Shown one piece after another: positions 11,880 to 25,434 of a stretch of 64,000 bases of DNA (within the stretch, counting starts at the first letter, position 1; each line of letters starts with the position of its first letter). The stretch is from NCBI RefSeq assembly GCF_044704955.1, contig NW_027254533.1, positions 1 through 64,000 of the forward strand, read 5' to 3'. The translations under genes and the position numbers were made by a program. A model generated the notes under the pieces. It had not been told where the DNA came from, made no database searches, and saw only the letters and a program-made list of their open reading frames with translations. Source of the stretch: Pristiophorus japonicus (lineage: Eukaryota).

Positions 11880-14800
11880 TTGAGAGTTGGAACGCAAGTC
11901 AACAGATCAGGGTCGGAGATCAACTCATCCAATCAGACTGGGCCCTCGATGGACAACGCCTATGACGAAGTGGCACAGAACAAAACCATCGTCCTTCCCT
12001 GTTTCCTTGTATTAGTGCTTGTATCGGGCATTACCGGGACCTCAAGTGCACTGTGGCATATCGTACGAATGAAGAAGGTCTCACAAGCAAGTGATGTCCT
12101 CCTTCTGGATTTAATGATCACCGACTTCTTGATTATCCTGGTCTCTATACTTTCTCTTATTCAATTTATCCTTGGAAGCAGATTATGGAGTAATTCCGTG
12201 ATGTCAGTGCACTCTTGCGTCTAATCAATCTTTATGGCAACGCACTTTTCATGACCTGCATTGCTATTACATAGAAACATAGAAAATAGGTGCAAAAGTA
12301 GGTCATTCGGCCCTTCGAGCCTGCACCACCATTCAATATGATCATGGCTGATCATGCAACTTCATTACCCCATTCCTGCTTTCTCTCCATACCCCTTGAT
12401 CCCTTTAGCTGCAAGTGCCTCATCTAAGTCCCTTTTGAATATGTCTAACCAACTGGCCTCAACAACTTTCTGTGGTAGAGAATTCCACAGGTTCACATTT
12501 CTCTGAGTGAAGACGTTTCTCCTCATCTCGGTCCTAATTGGCTTACCCCTTATCCTTAGACTCATGGTGCTGGACTTCCACAAGATCGGGACCATACTTC
12601 TTGCAACTAACCTATCCAATCCCATCAGAATTTAGCATGTTTCTATGAGATCCCCTCTCATTCTTCTAAATTCCAGTGAATATATGCCTAGTCGATCCAG
12701 TCTTTCTTCATATGTCAGTTCTGCCATCCCGCGAATCTGTCTTTTGAACCGTCGCTGCACTCCCTCAATAGCAAGAATGTCCTTCCTCAGGTAAGGAGAC
12801 AAAAACTCTACACAAATATCAAGGTGTGGCCTCACCAAGGCCTTGTACAACTTCAGTAAGACCTCACTGCTCCTATATTCAATAACTTTCGCTATGAAGG
12901 CCAACATGCCATTCACCGCTTGCTGAACCTTCATGCCAACTTTCAATAACTGATGTACCATGACACCCAGGTGTCGTTGCACCTCCATTTTTCTTATTTG
13001 TCACCATTCAGATAATATTTTGCTTCCCTGTTTTTGTCACCAAAGTGGATAACCTCACATTTATCTATATTATACTGCATATGCCATGCATTTGCCCACT
13101 CACCTAACCTGTCCAAGTCACCCTGCAGCCTGTTACCATCCTCCTCACAGTTCACACTGCCATCCAACTTAGTGTCATCTGCAAACTTGGAAATATTATT
13201 TTCAATTCCTTCGTCTAAATCATTAATGTATATCGTAACTAGCTGAGGTCCCAGCACTCGTCACTGTCTGCAATTCTGAAAAGGAACCGTTTATTCCTAC
13301 TCTTTGCTTCCTGTCTGCCAATCAATTCTCTATCTACGGCAATACATTACCCCCAATACCATGTGCTTTAATTTTTACACACTAATCTCTGATGTGGGAC
13401 CTGGCCAAAAACCGTTTGAAAGTCCAAATACACCACAACCACTGGTTCTCCCTTGTCCACGCTACTGGTTACATCCTAAAAAACTTCTAGACGATTTTGC
13501 AAACCTGATTTCCCTTTCATTAATCCATGCTGACTTGGACCGATCCTGTCACTGCTTTCCAAATGCGCTGCTATTACATCTTCAATGATGGATTTCAACA
13601 TTTTTCCCACTACCGATGTCAGGCTAACCGGTCTATAATTCCCTGTATTCTCTCTCCCACCTTTTTTAAAACGTGGGGTTACATTAGCTATCCTCCAATC
13701 CATAGGAACTGATCTAGAATCTATAGAATGTTGGAAAATGAACACCAATTCATCCATTATTTCTAGGGCAACTTCCTTAAATACTCAGGGATGCAGAATA
13801 TCAGTCCCTGGTGTTTTATCGGCCGTCAATCCCATCAATTTCCCTAACACCTGATTCTGACTGCAAGGGAACTATATTTGTCCTAACTAATTTTTTTCTC
13901 TTTACATATCTATCGAAGCTTTGCAGTCAGTTTTCATGTTCTCGGCAAGCTTCCTCTCATACTCTAGTTGCCCCCTCCTAATTAAATCCTTTGTCCTCCT
14001 CTGCTGAATTCTAAATTTCTCCCAGTGCTCAGGTTTGCTGCTTTTCTGGCTAGTTTATATGCCTCTTCCTTGGATTTAACACAATCCCTAATTTCACTTG
14101 ATAGCTACGGTTGAGCCAATTTCCCCGTTTTATTTTTATGCCAGACAGGGATGTGTAAATATTGAATTTCATCCATGTGATCTTTAAAAGTCTGCAATTG
14201 CCTATCCACCGTCAACCCTTTAAATATCATTCGCCAGTCTATCCTAGCCAATCCACGTTTCATTCCATCGAAATTAACATTCTTTAATTTCAGGAATTTA
14301 TTCTCTGAATTAACTGTGTCACTCTCCATCTTAATGAAGAATTATATCACATTAAGGTCACTCTTCCCCAAGTGGCCTCGTAGAACAAGATTGCTAATTA
14401 ATCCTCTCTCATTACACAATCTAGGATGGCCAGCTCTCTGGTTGGTTCCTCGACATATTGGTCTAGAAAACCATCCCTTATACACTCCAGGAAATCCTCC
14501 TCCACCATATTGCTACCAGTTTGGTTAGCCCAATCTATATGTAAATTAAAGTCACGCATGCTAACTGCTGTACCTTTATTGCACGCATCCCTAATTTCCA
14601 GTTTGATGCCACCCCAACCTCACTATGACTGTTTGGTGGTCCGTACACAAATTCCACTAGCGTTTTCTGCCCTTTGGTGTTCCGCAGCTCTACCCATACA
14701 GATTCCGCTTCATCGAAGCTAATGTCCTTCTTTACTATTGCTTTAATCTCCTCTTTAACCAGCAAAGCTACCCCATCTCCTTGACCAATATATTATTTTG

Positions 14801-15342
14801 TCCACCACATTAGGTCTCATGTCTGGTGAAGGCCTTGATGCTACCTCATTCTAGTCTATTCAATTTGGGTGGCAGTGTTGGCCCTGAGCCTGATAGCCTT
14901 TTCATAATGAGAATTAGCAGATAAGGTGTCATGCAAATATATGCAATTATCGTGGCAAATTTTCAGGCAATTTTTTTAAATTAAATTATTTCCGATCCTG
15001 ATGTTGTTGATCTGCTATACCCTAACCGCAAAAGTAATGATAGAAGTGGGAGCTGAGAAGGAATCTATAGAGCTGATGAAGAAGAAAGTGCTGAAGTACA
15101 TTCGTGTACTTTTGGTGCTTCTTTTCTGCTGTGACCCTTATCACATCCTTGAACTGTATTTTGATTGTATTTTGAGATTAAGGATTTGCTAGATCCAGCG
15201 AATCCATTCCCAGTTTTTTTACAGGGGCAATAGTAAATTTTACAACTGGACCCTCCCTTCATTCATTGCCTTCCTCAATCCCTTGCTGTACATTTTCAGG
15301 TCGCAGAGCTGTGAATGGCGATCGCGCTGCTGCACTGTGTAA
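11880..15342 (+). pseudogene. Intronless rhodopsin-class GPCR pseudogene (P2Y/LPAR/PAR-like), interrupted by a CR1
   Basis: The 5' part (to 12268) has N-glycosylation sequons NRS, NSS and NQT, TM1 IVLPCFLVLVLVSGITG, TM2 LLDLMITDFL and TM3 INLYGNALFMTCIAI. The 3' part (from 14783) resumes with DQY..VHHIRS, TM4 SIWVAVLAL, TM5 FPILMLLICY, TM6 LFCCDPYH and TM7 AFLNPLLYIF, then stops at 15340-15342. It carries multiple stops and frameshifts. Confidence 0.82.
12269..14782 (-). mobile_element. 5'-truncated CR1 LINE inserted in GPCR TM3
   Basis: ATAGAAAC tail at 12270; endonuclease (ESVWVELRNTKG) and RT (NYRPVSLTS, FADDTKL) peptides with internal deletions. Confidence 0.92.
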
Positions 15343-15910
15343 CATGCTCGAAACAGTAACCCACACGCTCACATCAGCAGGGTCTGAGTTAGAGTGTAAG
15401 AACTCACCATCTGCTTTTCCACATTAAGTACGGAGAGAATGTGCTGAAGACACGGACATCAGGAGCAACAGTGTTTGTCCAGTTGTTGCGACTGAGCAAA
15501 CAGGCTACAAATTATAGCAGATTGAACTTGCCTGAAGTGAAATCATTCCAAACTTAGCTTATGTGTCCATCAAGAACGAATGATTACATTTATCTATCAA
15601 TGTTACGTACTCATAAATTTGTTTTCTGTTGATTTATCTTACCGCGTATCACTATAAGTACCGTTTAACCATATGCATATCTATCCAACCATCCATCAAT
15701 TTCCATCTTTCTATGTATGTTGCTGTTGATGCATCAATTAATATCTCTATCACAGAATCCTTCTACCATTATCTACATATTTATGTATCTCCATAATATA
15801 TCTATCTCTCTATCTAACTTTATTTATATGTTGCTATCTAAATCTGTTTATCTCTCCATCTATCTGTATCCATCACTCCTTCTATCGATCTGTCTCTATC
15901 GAATATTATT

Positions 15911-16197
15911 GGCCTGAATTTGCGGTCAGAGCTTTCCCATGGTCGAATGCCTCTGAACGACAAGAAAATACGAACTTAACTGATGGTCACGGAAGTTCGA
16001 ACACTGGTGCTCCTGGGCCTCTACAGGTACGCATGCATAAACGTCCACATATCCCAGGGGTGCACGCGTTTAGCATGTGACCCTGGGACCATTTGGGCCA
16101 GGCCGACCAAACAAAAGGTGAATCCCAGTTATGTTCATGGAGATTCTACTAACTTTTGGAATCAACAAAAGCATAAATAGGAATGTGCCTGTTGGAC
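15911..16197. mobile_element. 5' half of a MITE-like non-autonomous DNA element
   Basis: Starts GGCCTGAATTTGCGGTC and is colinear with 28223-28460 (GAAAATA, TGCATAAA, ATCCCAGGG, CCTGGGA, GGGCCAG..ACCAA). Confidence 0.55.
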
Positions 16198-19166
16198 ATG
16201 GCCAGAAAAAGCAGCAAACCTGAGGACTGGGAGAAATTTAAAATTCAGCAGAGGAGGACTAAGGGTCAATTTCGGACCGTGGAATATAGATTATGAGAGG
16301 AAGCTTTCTGGGAACATAAAAACTGACTGCAAAAGCTTCTATAGATATGAAAAGAGGAAAAGATTAGTGAAGACAAACGTAGGCCTCTTTCAATCAGAAT
16401 CAAGTGAATTTATAATGGGAAACAAAGAAATGGCAAACAAATTGAACAAATACTTTTGTTCTGTCTTCACTGAGGAAGACACAAATAATGTTTCAGAAAT
16501 ACTAGTTCCTCCTTCTCGATGGTCTATCGAGAAGGAGGAACTGAAGGAAATTCTTATTGGACAGGAAATTGTGTAAGGGAAATTGACGGGATTGAAGGCC
16601 GATAAATTCCCAGGGCCTGATAGTCTGCATCCCACGAGTACTTACGGAAGTGACCCGAGAAATAATGGATGCGTCGATGATAATTTTCCAACAGTCTATC
16701 GACTCTGGATTAGTTCCTATGGACTGGAGGGTAGTTAATGTAACACCACTGTTTAAAAAAGGAGGGAGAGAGAAAAGGGGAAATTATAGACCAATTAGCC
16801 TGACATAAGTACTGGGGGAAATGTTGGAATCAATTGTTAAAGATGAATTAGCGACATTTGGAAATCAGTGAAAGGAGCGCTCCAAGTCTGCATGCATTTA
16901 GGAAGGGAAATCATGCTTGAAGAATCTTTTAGAATTTTTGAGGACGCAACTAGTGGAGTGGACAAGGGAGAACCAGTGGATGTGATGTATTTGGACTTTC
17001 AAAAGGCTTGTGACAAGGTACCACACAAGAGATTGGTGTGCAAAGTAAAGCACATGGTATTGGGGGCAATGTATTGACGTGGATAGAGAAATGGTTAGCA
17101 GACAGGAAGCAGAGAGTCGGGTTAAACGTGTCCTTTTCAGAATTGCAGGCAGTGACTAGTGGGGTGCCACAGGGGTCAGTGCTGGGATCCCAGATATTTA
17201 CAATATACATCAGTGATTTAGATGCAGGAATTGAGAGTAATATCTCCAAGCTTGCAGATGACACTTAGCTGAGTAGTGGTGTGACCTGTGAGGAGGATGC
17301 TAAGAGACTGCAGGATGACTCGGACAGGTTAGGTGAGTAAGCAAATGCATCACAGATGCAGTATAATGTGGATAAATTTGTGGTTATCCAATTTGGTGGC
17401 AAAAACGTGAAGCCAGAATATTATCTGAATGGTGGCAGATTATGTAAAGGAGAGGTGCAACAAGACCTGCGTGTCATGGTACATAAGTCATTGAAGCTTG
17501 AAATGCAGGTGCAGCAAGTGGTGAAGAAGGCAAATGGCATTTGGGCGTTCACAGCTAGGGGTTTTGAGTATAGGAGCAGGGAAGTCTTCCTGCAGCTTTA
17601 CAGGGCCTTGGTGAGGCCTCTCTTGGAATATTGTGTTCAATTTTGGTCTCCTAATCTGAGGAAGGAAGTTCTTGCTATTGAGGGAGTGCAGCGCAGGTTC
17701 ACCAGACTGATGCCCGGGATGGCAGGACTGACATCTGAGGAGAGACTGGATCGACTGGGCGTCTATTCGCTGGAGTTTAGAAGAATGAGAGGGGATCTCC
17801 TACAAACATACAAAATTCTGACGGGACTGGACGGGTTAAATGCCGGAAGAATGTGCACGATGTTGGGGGAGTTCAGAACTAGAGGTCAGAGTCTAAGGTT
17901 GAGGGGTAAGCCATTTAGGAACGAGATGAGGAGAAACTACTTCACTCAGAGAGTTGCTCTCCTGTGGAATTCTTTTCCGCAGAGAGTTGTTGATGCCAGT
18001 TCGTTAGATATATTCAGGTGGGAGTTGAATATGGACCTTATGGCTAAAGGGAGCAAGGGGTATGGAGAGAAGGCAGGAAATGGGTATTGAGGTGAACATA
18101 GAAACATAGAAAATAGGTGCAGGAGCAGGCCATTCAGCCCTTCTAGCCTGCACCGCCATTCAATGAGTTAATGGCTGAACATGAAACTTCAGTACCCCCT
18201 TCCTGCTTTCTCGCCATAACCCTTGATCCCCCGAGTAGTAAGGACTTCATTTAATTCCCTTTTGAATATATTTAGTGAATTGGCCTCAACTATTTTCTGT
18301 GGTAGAGAATTCCACAGGTTCACCACTCTCTGGGTGAAGAAGTTTTTCCTCATCTCGGTCCTAAATGGCTTACCCCTTATACTCAGACTGTGACCCCTGG
18401 TTCTGGACTTCCCCAACATTGGGAACATACTTCCTGCATCTAACCTGTCTAAACCCGTCAGAATTTTAAACGTTTCTATGAGGTCCCCTCTCATTCTTTT
18501 GAACTCCAGTGAATACAAGCCCAGTTGATCCAGTCTTTCTTGATAGGTCAGTCCCGCCATCCCGGGAATCAGTCTGGTGAATCTTCGCTGCACTCCCTCA
18601 ATAGCAAGAATGTCCTTCCTCAAGTTAGGAGACCAAAACTGTACACAATACTCCAGGTGCGGCCTCACCGAGGCCCTGTACAACTGTAGCAACACCTCCC
18701 TGCCCCAGTATTCAAATCCCCTCGCTATGAAGGCCAGCATGCCATTTGCTTTCTTAACCGCCTGCTGTACCTGCATGTTAACCTTCAATGACTGATGTAC
18801 CATGACACCCAGGTCTCGTTGCACCTTTCATTTTCCTAATCTGTCACCATTCAGATAATAGACTGTCTCTTTGTTTTTACCACCAAAGTGGATAACCTCA
18901 CATTTATCCACATTATACTTCATCTGCCATGCATTTGCCCACTCACCTAACCTATCCAAGTCACTCTGCAGCCTAATAGCATCCTCCTCGAAGCTCACAC
19001 TGCCACCCAACTTTGTGTCATCCGCAAATTGGGGGATACTGCATTTAATCCCCTCGTCTAAATCATTAATGTTCAGCCATGATCTTATTTAATGGTGGTG
19101 CAGGCTCGAAGGTCCGAATGGCCTACTCCTGCAGCTATTTTCTATGTTTCTATGCTTCGATGTTCC
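16198..19166 (+). mobile_element. CR1 LINE ORF2 fragment, its 3' UTR interrupted by an opposite-strand CR1
   Basis: ORFs at 16367, 17038 and 17356-18090 encode RT and the C-terminus. The 3' UTR breaks at 18096 and resumes at 19071, ending in TTCTATG repeats. Confidence 0.92.
18097..19070 (-). mobile_element. Young 5'-truncated CR1 nested in the 3' UTR of another CR1
   Basis: Starts with the (CATAGAAA)n tail; the 211-aa ORF 18189-18824 is nearly identical to the C-terminal part of 62903-63958. Confidence 0.93.
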
Positions 19167-20040
19167 TACTGACCTGCTCTATCAGTTCCTCTCTACCTGG
19201 TTTTCAGAGATCACATTGTAGGTGAGCACCTTAATCGTGGATCAGTTTGCGGAATGGTGCGTAGTATACTAACACTGTGCCCCGCCCCCAGCCCCCCACC
19301 CCGGCACCAGTTCCAGCACGTGACTCTCCTGCGCTTTCCGATTCTCTCTCCAACAGCTCACACTTTTGTCGTTGGTTGTTTTCTAGTGACCACGTATATT
19401 CTGGCCTCGTGTCTCGATTTCGCTGCTAGCCACCTGTGACGGTATTTTCTGCATCTTCCCTGGGTCCCGATCTCCTTGTTGGTCCGTGCTGTACCTTTCC
19501 TGGTCACAACCTACCTGTTGGACCGTGCTGTACCTTCCCTGGGTCCCGATCACCCTGTTGTTCTGTACCTTACTTTCCTCGAGTACCGATATTGCTGTTA
19601 GCCTCAGCCTCCGACCTCACTGCTGGTTTGTGATGAACCTTCCCTGGATGCCAACTTTATTGCCTGTCTTGGCTTCCCGACCTCGCTTCTGCGCTGTGCC
19701 TCACGACCCTGCAGCTGGTCCGTGCTGTTTCTTCCCAGGGTCCCGACCTTACTGCTGGCCTTGGCTTCCCGACCTCGCTCCTGCACTCGGTCTCCGGACC
19801 TAGCTGCTGGTCTGTGCTGTACCTTCCCTGTGTTCCGTACTCGCTGCTGACCCCTGCTAAACCGTTCATGGGTCCTCCGATCCTCGCCGGCCATCGATTC
19901 CCACCGGTCCTCCGATTCTCCATTCCCGCCGTCACCCAGCAACTGGTTCCACGTATTTTTACCGGGGTTTTACCTGTTTTCTTGCCAATCGCTGCCCGAC
20001 TTGGATGGATTGGAGACACCCGGTGTTTGCGCCACACACA
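19167..20040. repeat. Duplicated GC-rich block with internal CCGTGCTGTACCTTCCCTGGGTCCCGA repeats (copy 1)
   Basis: Colinear with 26654-27605. Confidence 0.85.
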
Positions 20041-23000
20041 CCTTGACACCCATGCAGCAGAGCCTCGTCTCCAATCATCTTGCATCCCCTTGCCATTGGA
20101 CCAAGACTTAGTCTGTCAGGTTTGGTGGTAGCTCGTGTGCAAGGGACACACCTCAGTAATATAATTCATGCAGGGGTATCTTCTAACCTTTAAAATGAAG
20201 TTCAGGACCTGAAAACTTTAGGACCCTCATGGACAATCCCAACATTAACAGACCAGAACGTCATACTGCTGCCATTGTCCGGGAACTGAGATGCTTCGAC
20301 ATCGACAACACTGCCCTGAGTGATACAAAGTGGGCAGGACAAGGTCAGCTCAAGGAACTAGGTGGTTGATACACATTCTCAAACGGCACACCAGAAGAAT
20401 AACACCGTCTCAATGGGGCATACGCACCAACCCTGGAAACTACGGACACGGACAAAGAGGAATTATACTCCAGCCTGGAACAATCCCTGTCCCGACTCCC
20501 AACAGGCAACACGCTGATTATTCTTGATGAGTTGCAAAGGACACAGACCTCATGAGAGGGGTGATTGCCAGGGAAGGAGTAGTGAAAACCAACTCCAATG
20601 GGATCCTCCTCCTGAGGAATTGCTTATAACATGGTCTTGTCATATCCAACACCTTGATTCGTCAGAATGACTACTACAAGGCCACATCGCAACAACCTCG
20701 TTCCAGGCACTGGCATCCGATTGAGGGACCACAAGGATGTCCGCATCACTCATGACATGACAGGAGCTGCTGACTGCTGCATTGACCACCGCCTAATCCG
20801 TTCTATTATCTCCATCAATATAGCCTCAAAACAGCAGGGGCAACATAAATCCTGCCGTAAAATATCAACATTGAAGGTCTCAAAGACCTTGCAAAGAAAG
20901 TCCTAATCAGCCAACTGCTCACAGCCTACCTAACGACTTCCAATCAACCAAAGCCGCAGAGTGTCCATAGTGCCTGTTCTGCCCTAAATCCACTAAAATT
21001 AGCATCTGCGAATAAACACTTGGCTACAATACCAGAAAATATCAAAACTGGTTCGATGCGAATGACCAAGAGATCCAGGAGCTAATAAACCGCAAACGCA
21101 AATCATTTCTGAATTGGAAACAACACCACAACTCGAGTGAAAGCAAGCAGTTCTAGAGACAACTAAAGGCTGATGTACAACAAAAAACTCGTGACATAAG
21201 AACAGATGGTGGGTGGAAAACGCGCAGGAGATCCAGCAATTAGCTGACAATCATGACGTGCGTGGATTTTTTTTAGCACAATCAAGATCACCTACGGGCC
21301 AAGCACACTGTCCGATTCTGCAGAGAACCGAGAATGGAGGAGTGCTCTTCATGGACAGAGAGGCAGTCATTAGCCACATGAAGGAGCACTTTGTGGATCT
21401 CCTCAACCAAGCCTCTGTCATTGATGTGAGTGTCCTTGAACCCATCCCACAATATATAACCCGTCACCACATCGGTAAAATCCTGACCCAGCACGAGAGT
21501 GAAAAGGCTATCTGACAACTAAAGAACAACAAGACCTCAGGAATCCCCGCCGAAGCACTAACATATGGTGGAGTAATACACTTGGCGCGAATTCATGTCC
21601 TCATATCCCTTAACTGGAAGGAGGAGAGCATACCAGGGCCTCTCAAAGATGCGGTAATCGTGCTCATCTTCAAGAAAGGTGACAAGTCCGATTGCAGTAA
21701 TTACAGAAATCCGCAGGGAATATTATCGCACAAGTCATCCTCAATTATCTCCTGCCAATGACTGAAGAGCTCCTCCCACAGTCGAAATGCGGATTCCACA
21801 AACTAAGGGGCACAATGGGCATGATATTCACCGTGTGACAATTCCACGAAAAATGTATAGAGCTACTTCAATCTCTGTACATCGCTTACTTTGCTCTCAC
21901 AAAGGTCTCCGAATCGGTCAACCATGAGGGATTATGGAGCGTCATTGTTGAAAAAAAAATGTAGTGGGAACCTAATTGGTTAATAAGGGGACCTAATTAA
22001 GTAAAGCTAAAAATTAAAAGCAAGTTTGTAAGAGAAAAAAATACGTGCTACGAACATAGGGAAAATGATAGAACTAGAACGCTCAGGAAGATATATCAAC
22101 TTATCACAGTATAAACCAGACAGTTTGGAAAAATACATTCCAAGGCTAGGTTACATGGGGTAGTAAGAGATTACGGGAAACAAAAGATGATTGAAGAATA
22201 TCTCACCTGATTCAAAGCAGTTAGGCAAAGAGGAGAAGAGCAAAGATTGATGTGACACTTCACTTATCAGATAAAAAGTGCACAAGGACGTAACGAAGCT
22301 TGCTTTCAAAGCAATTGCATTAACCAATTAATATTTGTAATCGTAGTAGGTAGGCGAACATTTTGTGATGCAGCAGGAAAACAACAAATGGAAAGCCTCT
22401 ACATGGAACTTTATGATTTTGTATGTATTCATAGACAAACTTGTGTCGAGTATCTTTTTAATACTCCATATCAGTCATTCTCAAATTTGGATCTCCTCTG
22501 AAATTTGTCACCAACGGATCTACTACAAACACAATATAAGTGCAGAAGGAGGTTAAGCAAGGCTGTGTCATCACAAGGACGCTCTTCTCAATCTTCCTCG
22601 CTGCAATGCTTCACATCATCTTTAAAAATCTCCCCACTGGTGTGTAGTTAATCTAATGGACAAGCAGGAAATTGTTCAACCTGTGACGCCTCCAGTACAG
22701 ATCCAAGGTAGGTCCAGGCTATTTCATTGAATTACAGTATTCAGACGTTGCTTGCTTTTGTGCACATTCGGAGCCCATACACCAAACCTTCATTGACACT
22801 TTCACTGCAGCATACGAGAGTGTGGGCCTTTCATTAAGCATCAGTACGACAAACGTTCTCCAGCAACCCGACCCCGCTGCACAGTACTACTTCTCGATTA
22901 TCAAGATCCATGTCGGGATCTTTGACAATCGGGACCACTTCCCATAACTTGGAAGCCTACTTTCAGCAAGGACAGACATCGATGACTAAGTCCATCACAT

Positions 23001-23730
23001 TATTCAATGTGCCAGTGGAGCCTTTGGTCGTCTGAGGAAAAGAGTGTGCAAACACCAAGATCTCAATCCCAGCAACAAGCAAATGGAGTAAAGTGCAGTC
23101 GTGGTATCCGCCCTCTTCTATGCTTCAGAGACATGAACTATGTACTGTAGGCACCTCAAAGCACTGGAGAAGTAGCACCAATGCTTCCTCCGTGAGATCA
23201 TGCGAACTTATTGGCAGGATAAGCGCAACAACATCAGGGTTCTCTCTCCGACAAATTCCCTTGTATCATGGCATTTAATATGCTCGATCAGTTCCGATAG
23301 ACGGGCCACATGGCCCACATGTCCGATACTAGAGTTCCGAAACAAGCATTCTACTCTGAGCTATGTCACAGCAGGCGAGGTCGAGGAGGGCAGAGAAAAC
23401 GCTTCAACGACACCATCAAAGCCTCCTTGATAAAAATTAGCATCCCCACTGACCCTTGGGAATCCCTGGCCCAAGTGGATCAGAAGAATCCTAAAAGGCA
23501 CCAAGGACTTCAAGTTTCTCCGCCGTGATCAAGTAGAAGCCAAGTATAAAGAGCTGAAGGAGTGAATGACAAATCAAGCACCCCATCCACCAGTCCCTCC
23601 AAAAACCCTCTGCCCCACCTGTGAGAGAGACTCTAAATCCAGCATTGTTCTCAGCAGTCACCTTAGAACCCATTTTAGTTTGGAAGCAAGTCATCCTTAA
23701 CTCTGGGCTCTGCCTAAGAGAAGATAATAG
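20040..23730 (+). mobile_element. RTE-clade LINE, near full length, degenerate
   Basis: APE start resembling MKFGTWNVRTL at about 20195; AQEIQQLADNHDVRGFF; GVKQGCVI at about 22550; WQDKRNN..PKQAFYSEL..RGRGGQRKRFNDTIK; 3' end GGAAGCAAGTCATCC..TGCCTAAGA. Confidence 0.88.
21946..22473. mobile_element. Solo LTR (528 bp, TG...CA) inserted in the RTE
   Basis: Begins TGTTGA and ends TATCA, with a perfect 5-bp TSD GTCAT (21941-21945 and 22474-22478). RTE-like sequence is on both sides. Confidence 0.8.
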
Positions 23731-24206
23731 GAAGCCCCTAATAACAGAACTACACACCTGTTAATTATAAATCAAGCAATACATCAAAATGAATTAAAAT
23801 ACAATTAAAGTAAACATTTTAAACAAATATTAAACTTTTTTAAAAATAAATGTAAACGTTTTCAAGAAGTTAAGTTAACATAATAACTTTTAAAGGTTTT
23901 ATTATGTTTAAATGATTAAAATATATTTTAATAATAACTGCAATCTTACACTGGTAAAATAAAACACTCTGCCTCCTTTTAACAGGTGCAAGATTTTCAT
24001 GGGCATTCGCTAGGCAAATAGCCAAAATCTCCACCATCAAATGTCCATTTCCCAGGGATGCGGCCGATCTGTCAAGCAAAATCTTGACAGATTGCAATTT
24101 CTGGGTTTTCATGCATGCGCATCACTCCCAGAAAGCTGGAACTTGCGTGGCACTTATGGCCCCATTGGCACCATGTATGCATTAAATGCCACGGAAATTC
24201 CTGGCC
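23731..24206. mobile_element. 3' half of the MITE-like element
   Basis: Matches 28580-28800 (GGGCATTCG, AATCTTGACAGAT, GGGTTTT..TGCATGCGCA) and ends GAAATTCCTGGCC, an imperfect inverted repeat of the 15911 terminus. Confidence 0.55.
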
Positions 24207-25434
24207 ATTATATTTATGTAACTCTATATGTGTCTAAACCGTGTTGGAGATATTCCCACTGTTATGATGCTCATTATTTCTGCGAACCAATCACCAACTT
24301 GCCGTACTGGACACTGGGCAGGGGAATGGAGAGGGATTCACAAATGGGACTTGTTCTGGAATATTCTCTTGTCCCTTTGAAACCAAAGCAGGGCAGTACA
24401 CTGTAGGATATGGGCAAAATGCAAGATCTGAAATGGAGGACTTGAAAGAACCTGCAACGACCATCAGTCCATCCGCTTCACAGCAGCTGTCCAACGTTGT
24501 AGAGTTTGCTGACTATACAATGTACCACTTGCTTAAATTGTGGCGTAAATTTTACAAATTCAATGTTAATTTTTTTGATCAGTATGATAATTGATGCAAA
24601 TTCAAAATAAATGGTGGAGTTTCAGAATAAATGTAACTTACGTTGATTGTAATGTATTATATACATGTTGAGAAAAAGCTGATGTGGCAACCTGGAGGGT
24701 CTGGAGCTGCCTTAAGGCGCTAATAGGAATAAGTAGCATTTCTTAATGTGCTGATATGTTGAGAACCTGTGATTATTCCATCACGTGCAAGTCAGAATGA
24801 CATTTCAATGGATGCTGTAGCTATGTTAGTAACAAGCTATTGTCATCGTAAGGCATGACGTTTCGTTTGGCCATTTGTAAGCTGAACATGTTAAAACTGC
24901 AGGCTTAGCAGTTTAGAACAAAGGACAGAAATTTCAACTTGAGACTTCAGATATGGTGGTTTAGAACCACCGAACGTGAGATGTAAATGTCTTGATACTG
25001 AAACATTTGAGATAACGGAAAGCATCTTCCAAAGTATACGTGCGAGACTCTGATCGCTTTGGAAGAGACATGGGTGTATACATTAACCAGTCACATGGGC
25101 AGAGCCAACGGTTGAACAGCTGCTAGTCACAGACATATATGGATGTTTTTTATCATTGTAAATTGTCAAGCTTACGCTTCCGCACAATCATTTATGAAAC
25201 CTGATGCAATTGTTTATCGGAGAGAGCCTTTGCTAATATTCTCTCCCCTGCATGCTTGTAATAACGTTTCTCACATCATAGCCTGCCCACGACCCAGGGT
25301 AGTTTCTTTCCACATCAACAACTGAGGAGTACTGTGAGGTAGGATGAGGTGGAGCAATTGGAATGATGTAAAACAAAAATCAGAAGCCACTATCAACCAG
25401 GACCCAGAGATTGTTTTTCACTCTTGAAGCATGC

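Noticed and set aside
19436-20131. Overlapping 100-160 aa ORFs in the GC-rich duplicated block (also 26951-27634)
   Set aside because: The frames are not preserved between the two copies and there are no recognisable domains; they are explained by GC-rich internal repeats.
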